This document shows positions 38,791 to 46,501 of a DNA stretch of 47,906 nt, in pieces (within the stretch, counting starts at the first letter, position 1; the number at the start of each line of letters is the position of its first letter). This DNA is from a virus (Duplodnaviria; Caudoviricetes), in the IMG/VR virus record IMGVR_UViG_3300027759_000132, positions 1-47,906 of that record. The stretch is one strand, 5' to 3'. The translations under genes were made by a program, and so were the position numbers. The notes under the pieces are model-generated. The model did not search any database. It was not told the DNA's origin and saw only the letters and a list, made by a program, of their open reading frames with translations.

Positions 38791-39714
38791 ATGGCACGTT
38801 ATAATACCGTAGTATCGTCTACGTCAACAACGACAACAGCATCATTGTTAACACCTAATGCAGGTTTGTTTACAAAATTTACTGGAACTGCTCCATATAC
38901 TGTGACCATCGGTGACCCAGTACCTTATGCTGGTCAACAACAGGTATTTTATAACGGTACAAGTGGAGATGTTACAGTAACATTTACGCCAGTTAGCGGC
39001 GGAACGTTTATTGGTCCAGCTTCAAGCGGCACTACTAGCCAGGTAATTCCAACACTTACTAGTTTAACAATTTACAGTGATGGCACAAACTGGGTAACAG
39101 CATTTGACGGCGGCGGCCCATTAGTAGCTACTACTGGTACATTTAATAATGCAGTTTCATTAACTGCTACATCAGGAACATTTGCAGTTAACAGTAATAA
39201 ATTTACAGTTGATCATGCTACTGGTAATACCCTAGCGGCAGGTACTTTAACTGTAACTGGCGCAGTAATTTTAAACAGTACAGACAGTGTTACCATTCCA
39301 AGAGGTACAACTGCACAACGTAATGCAACTGGTGTTGCAGGTATGATGCGTTATAACTCTGATAGAAAATATGTTGAAGTTTTTAATGCACAGGGTTGGC
39401 AATCAGTTGGCGTAAATTCATGGAATTACGTAGATTTTGCCAACGCTGGCGGCAGTGCGGTAGCTGGAGATTTTTGTTGGGTAAGTACAAGCAGTAGTTC
39501 AGTGACAATCACATTGCCAGGAAGCCCACTTAAAGGCGATACAATTCGTTTTGTTGATGTGGCAAGAACATTTAGTGCTAGAAACTTAACTGTAGCACGT
39601 AACGGAAATCCAATTCAAGGCGATGCGGCAGATTTAACAGTAAATACAAACGGTGCGGCATTTGATTTAATTTTTTATAATGCAACATACGGTTGGAGAA
39701 TCTTCTCAATCTAA
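38791..39714 (+). CDS. Tail fibre/baseplate-associated structural protein
   Basis: IP.GTTAQR...GMMRYN.D module; C-terminal ITLP.SP..GD.I.FVD....F...NLTV.RNG..IQG.A.DL.V......F.L.F....GW domain common in T4-like fibres. Confidence 0.7.
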   Translation: MARYNTVVSSTSTTTTASLLTPNAGLFTKFTGTAPYTVTIGDPVPYAGQQQVFYNGTSGDVTVTFTPVSGGTFIGPASSGTTSQVIPTLTSLTIYSDGTNWVTAFDGGGPLVATTGTFNNAVSLTATSGTFAVNSNKFTVDHATGNTLAAGTLTVTGAVILNSTDSVTIPRGTTAQRNATGVAGMMRYNSDRKYVEVFNAQGWQSVGVNSWNYVDFANAGGSAVAGDFCWVSTSSSSVTITLPGSPLKGDTIRFVDVARTFSARNLTVARNGNPIQGDAADLTVNTNGAAFDLIFYNATYGWRIFSI

Positions 39715-39732
39715 AAAGATTATTGGAAAATT

Positions 39733-40512
39733 ATGGCAAATTATCAAGATTACAGACAAGTACCTTCGGATCAGATTACAGCCTCGTCTGTGACCAATGC
39801 AAAACTAAGCATAGATGCTCGCCATTGCTTTTGTACACAGTGGGTATACGGAAGTTCAGACCAATGTGCTACAGGATGTTGCTGTCAATGGACACCTCCT
39901 ACTGGTGTGCGCAGAGCATTTTTTGAAGCATGGGGTGCTGGCGGAAACGGACATGGCTATTGCGTATGTGATCGTTGCCAGCATATGAAAGGTGCCCAAG
40001 GTGGATATTATAATAGTAAAATGATTTCAACATGCGATCAATGGCAATACACAGTATGTGCCGGCGGTGTGTATCGTTGTTTAAGTATTGAATGTACTGC
40101 TTGTAACGGATGTACAAGTTATGTTAACGGTTGTAATTTAAGTAATTTTTGTGCAATTGGCGGTTATACTGGAGAAGCTGACGGTAACTGGGCTAACCCT
40201 TGTTTTAGCTATTGGAACTGTTGTTTAGGTCCACAGTCCAATGGCGGCGACTTTGGAATGGGTAACCACTCTGGAGTATGGTCTGGACCATTTAACTGTC
40301 ACTGTCATTGCGCATGGACAATGCCTACTGCGGCTCCTTTTATGGCTGGCGAAGTAGAACAACATGGACAAGTATGCTGGATGCGCTGTGGTTGCTGGAC
40401 TAGCCCTTATGCACACGGCGCCCAAGGAGCATTTGCGTCATACTGCGGTACTGTTTGCTGTGGTCAAGGCGCTACAGGCGGCGCAGGCGTTGTTAAAATA
40501 ACATATCAGTAA
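39733..40512 (+). CDS. Cys/Gly-rich protein, paralog 1 (glycine-rich adhesin-like fold)
   Basis: About 29 Cys in 259 aa; W..P.GV....FEAWGAGG.G, YTVCAGG, GG.GVVKITY skeleton of phage glycine-rich domains. Confidence 0.7.
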   Translation: MANYQDYRQVPSDQITASSVTNAKLSIDARHCFCTQWVYGSSDQCATGCCCQWTPPTGVRRAFFEAWGAGGNGHGYCVCDRCQHMKGAQGGYYNSKMISTCDQWQYTVCAGGVYRCLSIECTACNGCTSYVNGCNLSNFCAIGGYTGEADGNWANPCFSYWNCCLGPQSNGGDFGMGNHSGVWSGPFNCHCHCAWTMPTAAPFMAGEVEQHGQVCWMRCGCWTSPYAHGAQGAFASYCGTVCCGQGATGGAGVVKITYQ

Positions 40513-40532
40513 ATAGGAATAATAAATGGCAA
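40509..40532 (+). repeat. 24-bp junction repeat, copy 1 (stop, TAAATA box, AGGA RBS, start)
   Basis: gtaaataggaataataaatggcaa, identical to 41308-41331. Confidence 0.9.
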
Positions 40533-41311
40533 CGTATTCAAGTTATAGAGCATTAGATCCAGACGAAATTGCAGACGGCGCATTATGTGATGCAAATTTT
40601 GATGCTGATGCGGCAAAGAATTTTGGCGTAAAATGGGTATACGGAGATCCTGGCAACTGTACTCCTGGTTGTTGCTGTCTTTGGACGACACCAAGTTATG
40701 TACAACGTGTAACATTTGACGTTTGGGGTGCCGGCGGCAATGGGCACGGTGCATGTGTTTGTGATCGTTGCCAGCACTATCAAGGCGCGGCAGGCGGCGG
40801 CTACACCACTTTAACAGTTAGTACATGCCCAGGCTGGCAATATACAGTTTGCGCCGGCGGAGTTTACCGTTGTAACAGTATCGAATGTTATGCTTGTAAT
40901 GGTTGTACCAGTTATGTCAATGGATGTTTTATAAGCGGTAACTTTTGTGCTTGTGGCGGAACTAGTGGAAATGCTGAATCTAGTTGGAACACTTATTGTA
41001 ATAGCTGTAGTAACTATTGTAGAAACGGCCGCGATAACGGAGCAGACTTTAATTTAGTTCCGCATACAGGTCCATGGACCGGCGGCAACGTATTTTGTCA
41101 TTGCCATAACCATGAAGAAATGCCAAACAGCGCACCAATTATTGGTACTACTGTAATTGGGCAAATACGTGAATGCTGGATGCGCTGTGGTTGTTGGACT
41201 AGCCCTTATGGACATGGCGGACAAGGTGCTATGACTACATATTGCGGAACAGTATGTTGTGGTCAAGGTGCTACAGGTGGTTCTGGTTTAGTTAAAATAA
41301 CCTACATGTAA
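40526..41311 (+). CDS. Cys/Gly-rich protein, paralog 2
   Basis: About 28 Cys in 261 aa; same motif order as paralog 1. Confidence 0.7.
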   Translation: MATYSSYRALDPDEIADGALCDANFDADAAKNFGVKWVYGDPGNCTPGCCCLWTTPSYVQRVTFDVWGAGGNGHGACVCDRCQHYQGAAGGGYTTLTVSTCPGWQYTVCAGGVYRCNSIECYACNGCTSYVNGCFISGNFCACGGTSGNAESSWNTYCNSCSNYCRNGRDNGADFNLVPHTGPWTGGNVFCHCHNHEEMPNSAPIIGTTVIGQIRECWMRCGCWTSPYGHGGQGAMTTYCGTVCCGQGATGGSGLVKITYM

Positions 41312-41331
41312 ATAGGAATAATAAATGGCAA
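41308..41331 (+). repeat. 24-bp junction repeat, copy 2
   Basis: Identical to 40509-40532. Confidence 0.9.
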
Positions 41332-42137
41332 GCTATACAAGTTATAAAGCAGGTAGAGTTACATCGGTTAATATTGTTTCTGGAGCGATCGGAAACGCAC
41401 AATTAGCGCCGGGTGTGCGTAATACATATTGCACATTTTGGGTTTTTGGTGACCAGGGTAACTGTACACCGGGATGTTGCTGTGGCTGGGCAGTCCCAGC
41501 AAGCGTAAAAAGTGTAACATTTGAAGCATGGGGCGCCGGCGGCAATGGATCAGGTGCATGTAGTTGCGACCGCTGTCAACACTATGTCGGTGCATCAGGA
41601 GGCATGACTAACAAAGTGGCTATTTGTAGCTTTGTTGGATGTGTATATACCATTTGCGCAGGCGGAGTTTACCGTTGTAACAGTATCGAATGTGCAGGAT
41701 GTTGCGGATGTACTAGTTATGTTAACGGTTATAATTTAAGTAATTTCTGTGCATGCGGCGGCGGCGCTGGTTGTTCAACAGGCGACTGGACCGATTCGTG
41801 TTTCAGTTATATGTCTAGCTGTCAAAACAGCGGAACTCCAGGCGGACATTTTGCCAACTATACACACCAAGGCGCATTTACAGCGTCTGGACCATTTACA
41901 TATCCTGGAGATGCATGTCACTGTTGGAAACGTATTCAGCATACAACAACTGCGGCTACTGGATTATCAAGCGGACAGCAATGGGTAAGTTTAGCTGAGT
42001 GTTGGATTCGTTGCGGATGCTGGCTTGCACCATTAGGTTCGGGCGGACAAAACGCACAAACTACATATTGCGGCTCTGGCTGTTGCGGCCAAGGCGCTAC
42101 CGGTGGTTCCGGTGTTGTTAAAATAACCTACTTTTAA
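41325..42137 (+). CDS. Cys/Gly-rich protein, paralog 3
   Basis: About 29 Cys in 270 aa; same motif order. Confidence 0.7.
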   Translation: MASYTSYKAGRVTSVNIVSGAIGNAQLAPGVRNTYCTFWVFGDQGNCTPGCCCGWAVPASVKSVTFEAWGAGGNGSGACSCDRCQHYVGASGGMTNKVAICSFVGCVYTICAGGVYRCNSIECAGCCGCTSYVNGYNLSNFCACGGGAGCSTGDWTDSCFSYMSSCQNSGTPGGHFANYTHQGAFTASGPFTYPGDACHCWKRIQHTTTAATGLSSGQQWVSLAECWIRCGCWLAPLGSGGQNAQTTYCGSGCCGQGATGGSGVVKITYF

Positions 42138-42168
42138 TTGAATAAATAAGACACAAGGAGATATACAA

Positions 42169-42885
42169 ATGCCAATGGTTTCTGTAGAATATGAATACGC
42201 AATAGTTAATCAGTTTTATACTGATCACAGCTTCACGCAAGGTAAAAAGCGTACAACAACCTATGACGGTCCAGATAAAATCTACTTAATCGTTGATCAA
42301 GTCACTGGAGAAGAAACACATGGTCCTCTTACTGCTGAAGAAAAAGCAGATGGACGACCAGTTCCGTTAGGAAGTATGTACTATGAAGTAGATTGCATCG
42401 AAAACCCACTATTTTGTCAGCTTCGAGGACACATTATTGATGAAGCCGAAGAAGATCATACACATACTGTAATTCATCCTGATAGTCCTGATATTCCAGG
42501 ATATAAACAATTAACATATCAAGAGCCATTATTGCCTCGCAATATGTACGACAAATATTGTACTAAGGTAAATTTAGAAACTGGTGAATTAACAATTCCA
42601 GTCTACACTCCGTTGGAATCATTATTTGGCCATGGAATGAAAGAAGAAGTTACATGGGAATACATTAGAAGAAAGCGTGACATGGAACTTAAAAATTCAG
42701 ATATGAACGTTGGCGGAGATATTCCAATGAGTGTACAAGCACCTTGGTTAGAATACAGACGACTATTACGAGAATTACCAGACGTTTTGAAAGATGTACC
42801 GCCTGCAATTGTGCTGAGAATGTTCCCAGCCCACCCAGATGAAGACAAACCGCCACAAGGTTCGTTTACACAATCGATTATCTAA
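42169..42885 (+). CDS. Tail fibre assembly chaperone-like protein
   Basis: C-terminal W..IR..RD..L..SD...W..YR..LR.LP motif; AATAAATA box at 42141-42148 and AAGGAG RBS. Confidence 0.75.
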   Translation: MPMVSVEYEYAIVNQFYTDHSFTQGKKRTTTYDGPDKIYLIVDQVTGEETHGPLTAEEKADGRPVPLGSMYYEVDCIENPLFCQLRGHIIDEAEEDHTHTVIHPDSPDIPGYKQLTYQEPLLPRNMYDKYCTKVNLETGELTIPVYTPLESLFGHGMKEEVTWEYIRRKRDMELKNSDMNVGGDIPMSVQAPWLEYRRLLRELPDVLKDVPPAIVLRMFPAHPDEDKPPQGSFTQSII

Positions 42886-42898
42886 TACTAATTGAGTT

Positions 42899-42931
42899 AA
42901 AAAAGCACAGCTTCGGTTGTGCTTTTTTTTT
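42899..42931 (+). terminator. Intrinsic terminator closing the structural operon (A-tract suggests it is bidirectional)
   Basis: aaaaaagcacagc-TTCG-gttgtgcttttttttt. Confidence 0.92.
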
Positions 42932-42948
42932 GGCTGTGCTATACTAGC

Positions 42949-42956
42949 TATAAATA
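42949..42956 (+). promoter_or_regulatory. T4-type late promoter TATAAATA for the enzyme cluster
   Basis: Exact consensus just after the terminator, before the AAGGA RBS. Confidence 0.8.
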
Positions 42957-42982
42957 TCTCACAATCTAAAGGATACATTTTA

Positions 42983-44014
42983 ATGTCAAGATCATCAGCG
43001 TTTTTTATTAACGGCGGCGCAGGACGAGTAATTTGCTCAATTCCAGCTTTTGAAAAATTTATGGAAGAATCGCCCGAAGATGATTTTATTATTGTATGCG
43101 AAGGCGGCATGGACTTTTTCAAAGGCCACCCAACATTGCATACTCGGGCCTACGATGTAAGTCATAAAGGTCTATTTGAACAATTTATCAAAGACAGAAA
43201 TTGTATTACACCAGAACCTTATAGATTGTGGGAATATTATAATCAAAAATGTAGCCTAGCACAAGCATTTGATATTATTATCAATAATAAAGGTGTAAGA
43301 AAACTTGAAGATCCAAAGATTTATATTAATAAATTAGAAATGGTTCAAGGAGCAAATGTAGTTGAGGAAATTAAACAAGTTACAGGCTTCGATAAAGTTA
43401 TTGTAGTCCAACCATTTGGACGTAGTGTCGAAACTGTTGGAGATTTTATTATCGATAATACTTCTCGTAGTTTTCAATTAAACAATGTAATCAGTATAAT
43501 CGATATTCTTAAAAAAGAATACGGCGTTATCATCATGAGTGAAATTCCTTTAAAATTAACTGACAACGATGGCGGCAAGTACCCAGTTGCCCAACCGCAA
43601 ATTCCAAATTTGCGAGGATGGACAGGTGTTATTCAAGTTGCAGATCATTTTTTAGGTTGCGATAGTGTGGGTCAGCATATTGTTAAAGGACTTGGTAAAA
43701 CTGCAACGGTTATTACTGGTAGCACTTATCCTATTAATATTTCATATCCCGATGATCCAGATTTTGATATTATCGATGTGGGCGATGGCAAACGTGTTTA
43801 CAGTCCAATTCGTGTAGCAATGGATGAAGAACGTGATCGTCTAAATGACGAAGCTATGGAGTTATCTGAAAAACAGATCAAAGAAGTAGTTAATGCTATT
43901 CGTAGACGTTTAGGTACTTCTACTAAATCAACTACCACTGCGGAAATTGAACAAAAAAAAACTAAACTAGTACCTGGTACTAGTCCAGTACCTACATACA
44001 ACACAGGAAAATAA
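42983..44014 (+). CDS. GT-B glycosyltransferase, GT9 (heptosyltransferase)-like; start corrected to 42983
   Basis: GGAGRVICSIPA resembles G.GD.....P; IVVQPFG; ADHFLGCDSVGQHI matches the GT9 'ad.fig.DSG..H' motif. Confidence 0.65.
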   Translation: MSRSSAFFINGGAGRVICSIPAFEKFMEESPEDDFIIVCEGGMDFFKGHPTLHTRAYDVSHKGLFEQFIKDRNCITPEPYRLWEYYNQKCSLAQAFDIIINNKGVRKLEDPKIYINKLEMVQGANVVEEIKQVTGFDKVIVVQPFGRSVETVGDFIIDNTSRSFQLNNVISIIDILKKEYGVIIMSEIPLKLTDNDGGKYPVAQPQIPNLRGWTGVIQVADHFLGCDSVGQHIVKGLGKTATVITGSTYPINISYPDDPDFDIIDVGDGKRVYSPIRVAMDEERDRLNDEAMELSEKQIKEVVNAIRRRLGTSTKSTTTAEIEQKKTKLVPGTSPVPTYNTGK

Positions 44015-44016
44015 TT

Positions 44017-45831
44017 ATGAGTTTATGGATTGCAGGTGTAACACGCGGCCACAACGCAGGTGTATGTTTATTAAAAGACGGAGAAATTGTTTTCTCTAGC
44101 GAGGAAGAACGTTTTAGTCGTCACAAATATGATGGTGGTCCGTTTGCGGCCATGGTTAAGATTAAAGAATACACAGACAAATTAGATTATCTAGTAATTG
44201 CACATACACAGACTCTAGAGTCAAGTGCGGCCCGTGTAGATTTTACAGGCGACGATGTGTATACAGGGCTAGCTCGCAAGCTAGGGCTCATTGATCAAAG
44301 TCCAGGTATTGATATTTACAATCATCCACAAGTAATTGATTATAGCGAACAACATCATAAGTTACACGCTTCTATTGCGTTTTATCGCAGTGGTTTTAAA
44401 GAAGCAGTGGCAGTTATTGTTGATGGCGCTGGTACATTTTTAAAAATTAATTCATCTAACGGTCCTGCAACTGCTTGGGAATTAGAAAGTATTTTTGAAT
44501 GCCGTTATCCAGCAGAGTTTAAAACACTATATCGTCACATTGGAGGTAACGGTCCATGGGTGCAAGCACATATTCCAGATATGGATTCGTCATCAATTAA
44601 AGGCGAATATGGTACGCATGAATGTATCATAGACGATACTGCTGGAATTACCAAAGCATACGAAGCAGTTACACGTTATTGCGGTTGGCAACCAATTGAA
44701 GCTGGCAAAACAATGGGATTATTTCCTTATGGAAAGCCTAATGATAATATTCCTAAGCTATACACAGACATTGACGGCAAAGCTAAATGGAAAACAACTG
44801 ATAGAAATATAGTTGTACCTACATATCCTAACGGAGCAGTAATTAACGAAGGGCGATATACTGAACTAGCAACGCCTGATGGATATAATAAAGATGTTAC
44901 ACTACTGCAAAACCGTAGAGACATGGCATACGCTGTACAAACACAAAGTCAAGACATGGTTGTTGACCTGATTCGTAAAGCAGTTGAACTATCTGGACAT
45001 AATAATGTTGTTATTTGCGGTGGTTATGGATTAAATTGTGTTGCTAACTATCATTACTTAGACAAATTAAAAGACGACGGTATCAATTTGTATGTTGAAC
45101 CTATTAGTAGCGATGCTGGTACTTGTATTGGCGCCGCACTAGCAATGCATTATCAAATTACTAAAGATAAACGAGTACGCCCATACGCAGAAAGTCTTTA
45201 TTTAGGTCCTAAATATTGTTACAGCAATGAGCAAATTCAAGCAACTGCTGACAAGTACGATGCTGATAGCGTAGAAACAGTTACTAAAGAACAAGTAGTA
45301 GCACTATTGCGTAAGAAAAACATTGTTGCCATGTTCCAAGGTGGAGCAGAAGCTGGCCCACGTGCGCTAGGTAATCGTAGTTTGTTATTTGATCCAACAA
45401 ATCTTGACGGTAAGGACTATGTTAATCGTGTGAAACGCCGTGAATACTTCCGTCCTTTTGCTGGAAGTATCTTACACGAACACGCACATGAGTGGTTTGA
45501 TATGCGTGGTCTAGAACAAAGCCCACACATGATGTATGCTATGAATTGTCAACCTGGTGTTGCTGAGAAAATTCCTAGCATTATCCACGTGGATGGTACA
45601 TGCCGTATACAAACAGTTAAGCGTGAACAAAATGAACACTACTATGATTTAATCACAGAGTTTTATAAAGCAAGCGGTATGCCTATTTTGTTTAATACTA
45701 GTTTTAATCTTGGCGGCGAACCGCTAGTTGAAACATTAGACGATGCATTACGTACACTAGCAAATAGTGATATTGAATATCTATATTTGCCTGAATATGA
45801 CAAATTAATCAAGGTATCAAACAATGGATAA
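44017..45831 (+). CDS. Carbamoyltransferase (NodU/CmcH/TobZ family)
   Basis: HNAG....DGEI....EEERFSR.K, HH..HA, VDGAG, GKTMGL..YG, GG..LNCVAN, EAGPRALGNRS, KRRE.FRPFA, HVDGTCR.QTV, NTSFN..GEP. Confidence 0.95.
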   Translation: MSLWIAGVTRGHNAGVCLLKDGEIVFSSEEERFSRHKYDGGPFAAMVKIKEYTDKLDYLVIAHTQTLESSAARVDFTGDDVYTGLARKLGLIDQSPGIDIYNHPQVIDYSEQHHKLHASIAFYRSGFKEAVAVIVDGAGTFLKINSSNGPATAWELESIFECRYPAEFKTLYRHIGGNGPWVQAHIPDMDSSSIKGEYGTHECIIDDTAGITKAYEAVTRYCGWQPIEAGKTMGLFPYGKPNDNIPKLYTDIDGKAKWKTTDRNIVVPTYPNGAVINEGRYTELATPDGYNKDVTLLQNRRDMAYAVQTQSQDMVVDLIRKAVELSGHNNVVICGGYGLNCVANYHYLDKLKDDGINLYVEPISSDAGTCIGAALAMHYQITKDKRVRPYAESLYLGPKYCYSNEQIQATADKYDADSVETVTKEQVVALLRKKNIVAMFQGGAEAGPRALGNRSLLFDPTNLDGKDYVNRVKRREYFRPFAGSILHEHAHEWFDMRGLEQSPHMMYAMNCQPGVAEKIPSIIHVDGTCRIQTVKREQNEHYYDLITEFYKASGMPILFNTSFNLGGEPLVETLDDALRTLANSDIEYLYLPEYDKLIKVSNNG

Positions 45832-46501
45832 TAGTTTATGGTTATTTGGCGACAGCTTTTCTGCACAGCCAAATGTTGAATGTGATTTTATAGTATGGCC
45901 CGAGTTAATTGCTCGACATTTTAAATTGCCGCACTACTGGAACTGGGCAAGAATGGGCTGTGCAAATGATTTTATCTTCCACGAATTTACATCGCATATT
46001 AATGAAATGAAAGAAGGTGATTTTGTAATTGTACAAACAACAAGTCCTAATCGACAGTGGTTCTTTGAAGATCCTGAAGTATGCAATTATCTAATACAGG
46101 ATCTTGAAAAGTATGTTACTGCTGATCAAAAGAAAGCAGTTGATCATTATATTAAACATTTGCAAAGTGACAAAATTGATGATTTAAGATATACACAATT
46201 TGGTCTAGCACTAGAGCGACTTGGCGCAATGGTACCGCATTTACGAATTTTAGTATTGCCCGCATTTTACACTTTGCCAGGAATAATTGGACATCTAACA
46301 CAAGTCTCGGATGGCGAGCATGTATCAGTAACTCCTGAAGCTATTACAAAATGGTATAAGGACAATGATGGTAATGACCCAAGGGTTATGCATTTATCTA
46401 AACAAAATCATCCAATCTTAGCACAAAAAATTATTGAATTTTTTGAAACAGGTAAGAGTATCGATCTAACTACCGGATTTGATCAAGGCTTTATAAAATA
46501 A
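45824..46501 (+). CDS. SGNH/GDSL-like hydrolase or acyltransferase-fold protein
   Basis: LFGDSFS block I; N.A..GC.ND block II; C-terminal DPR..HLS...H..LA. Confidence 0.6.
   Translation: MDNSLWLFGDSFSAQPNVECDFIVWPELIARHFKLPHYWNWARMGCANDFIFHEFTSHINEMKEGDFVIVQTTSPNRQWFFEDPEVCNYLIQDLEKYVTADQKKAVDHYIKHLQSDKIDDLRYTQFGLALERLGAMVPHLRILVLPAFYTLPGIIGHLTQVSDGEHVSVTPEAITKWYKDNDGNDPRVMHLSKQNHPILAQKIIEFFETGKSIDLTTGFDQGFIK

Noticed and set aside
39733-42137. Diversity-generating retroelement or RiPP precursors
   Set aside because: No reverse transcriptase or adenine-specific TR/VR pair is visible in the window. The proteins are ~260 aa with a fibre-type skeleton and a fibre chaperone, not short leader-core peptides.
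42917-42982. ORF-track N-terminal extension MCFFFGCAIL... of the glycosyltransferase
   Set aside because: It starts inside the terminator hairpin and spans the late promoter. The RBS (AAGGA) supports ATG 42983.
43953-43961. A-run near the end of the glycosyltransferase as a phase-variation or frameshift site
   Set aside because: It lies in a Lys-rich low-complexity tail of an AT-rich genome, and the next gene has its own RBS and start.
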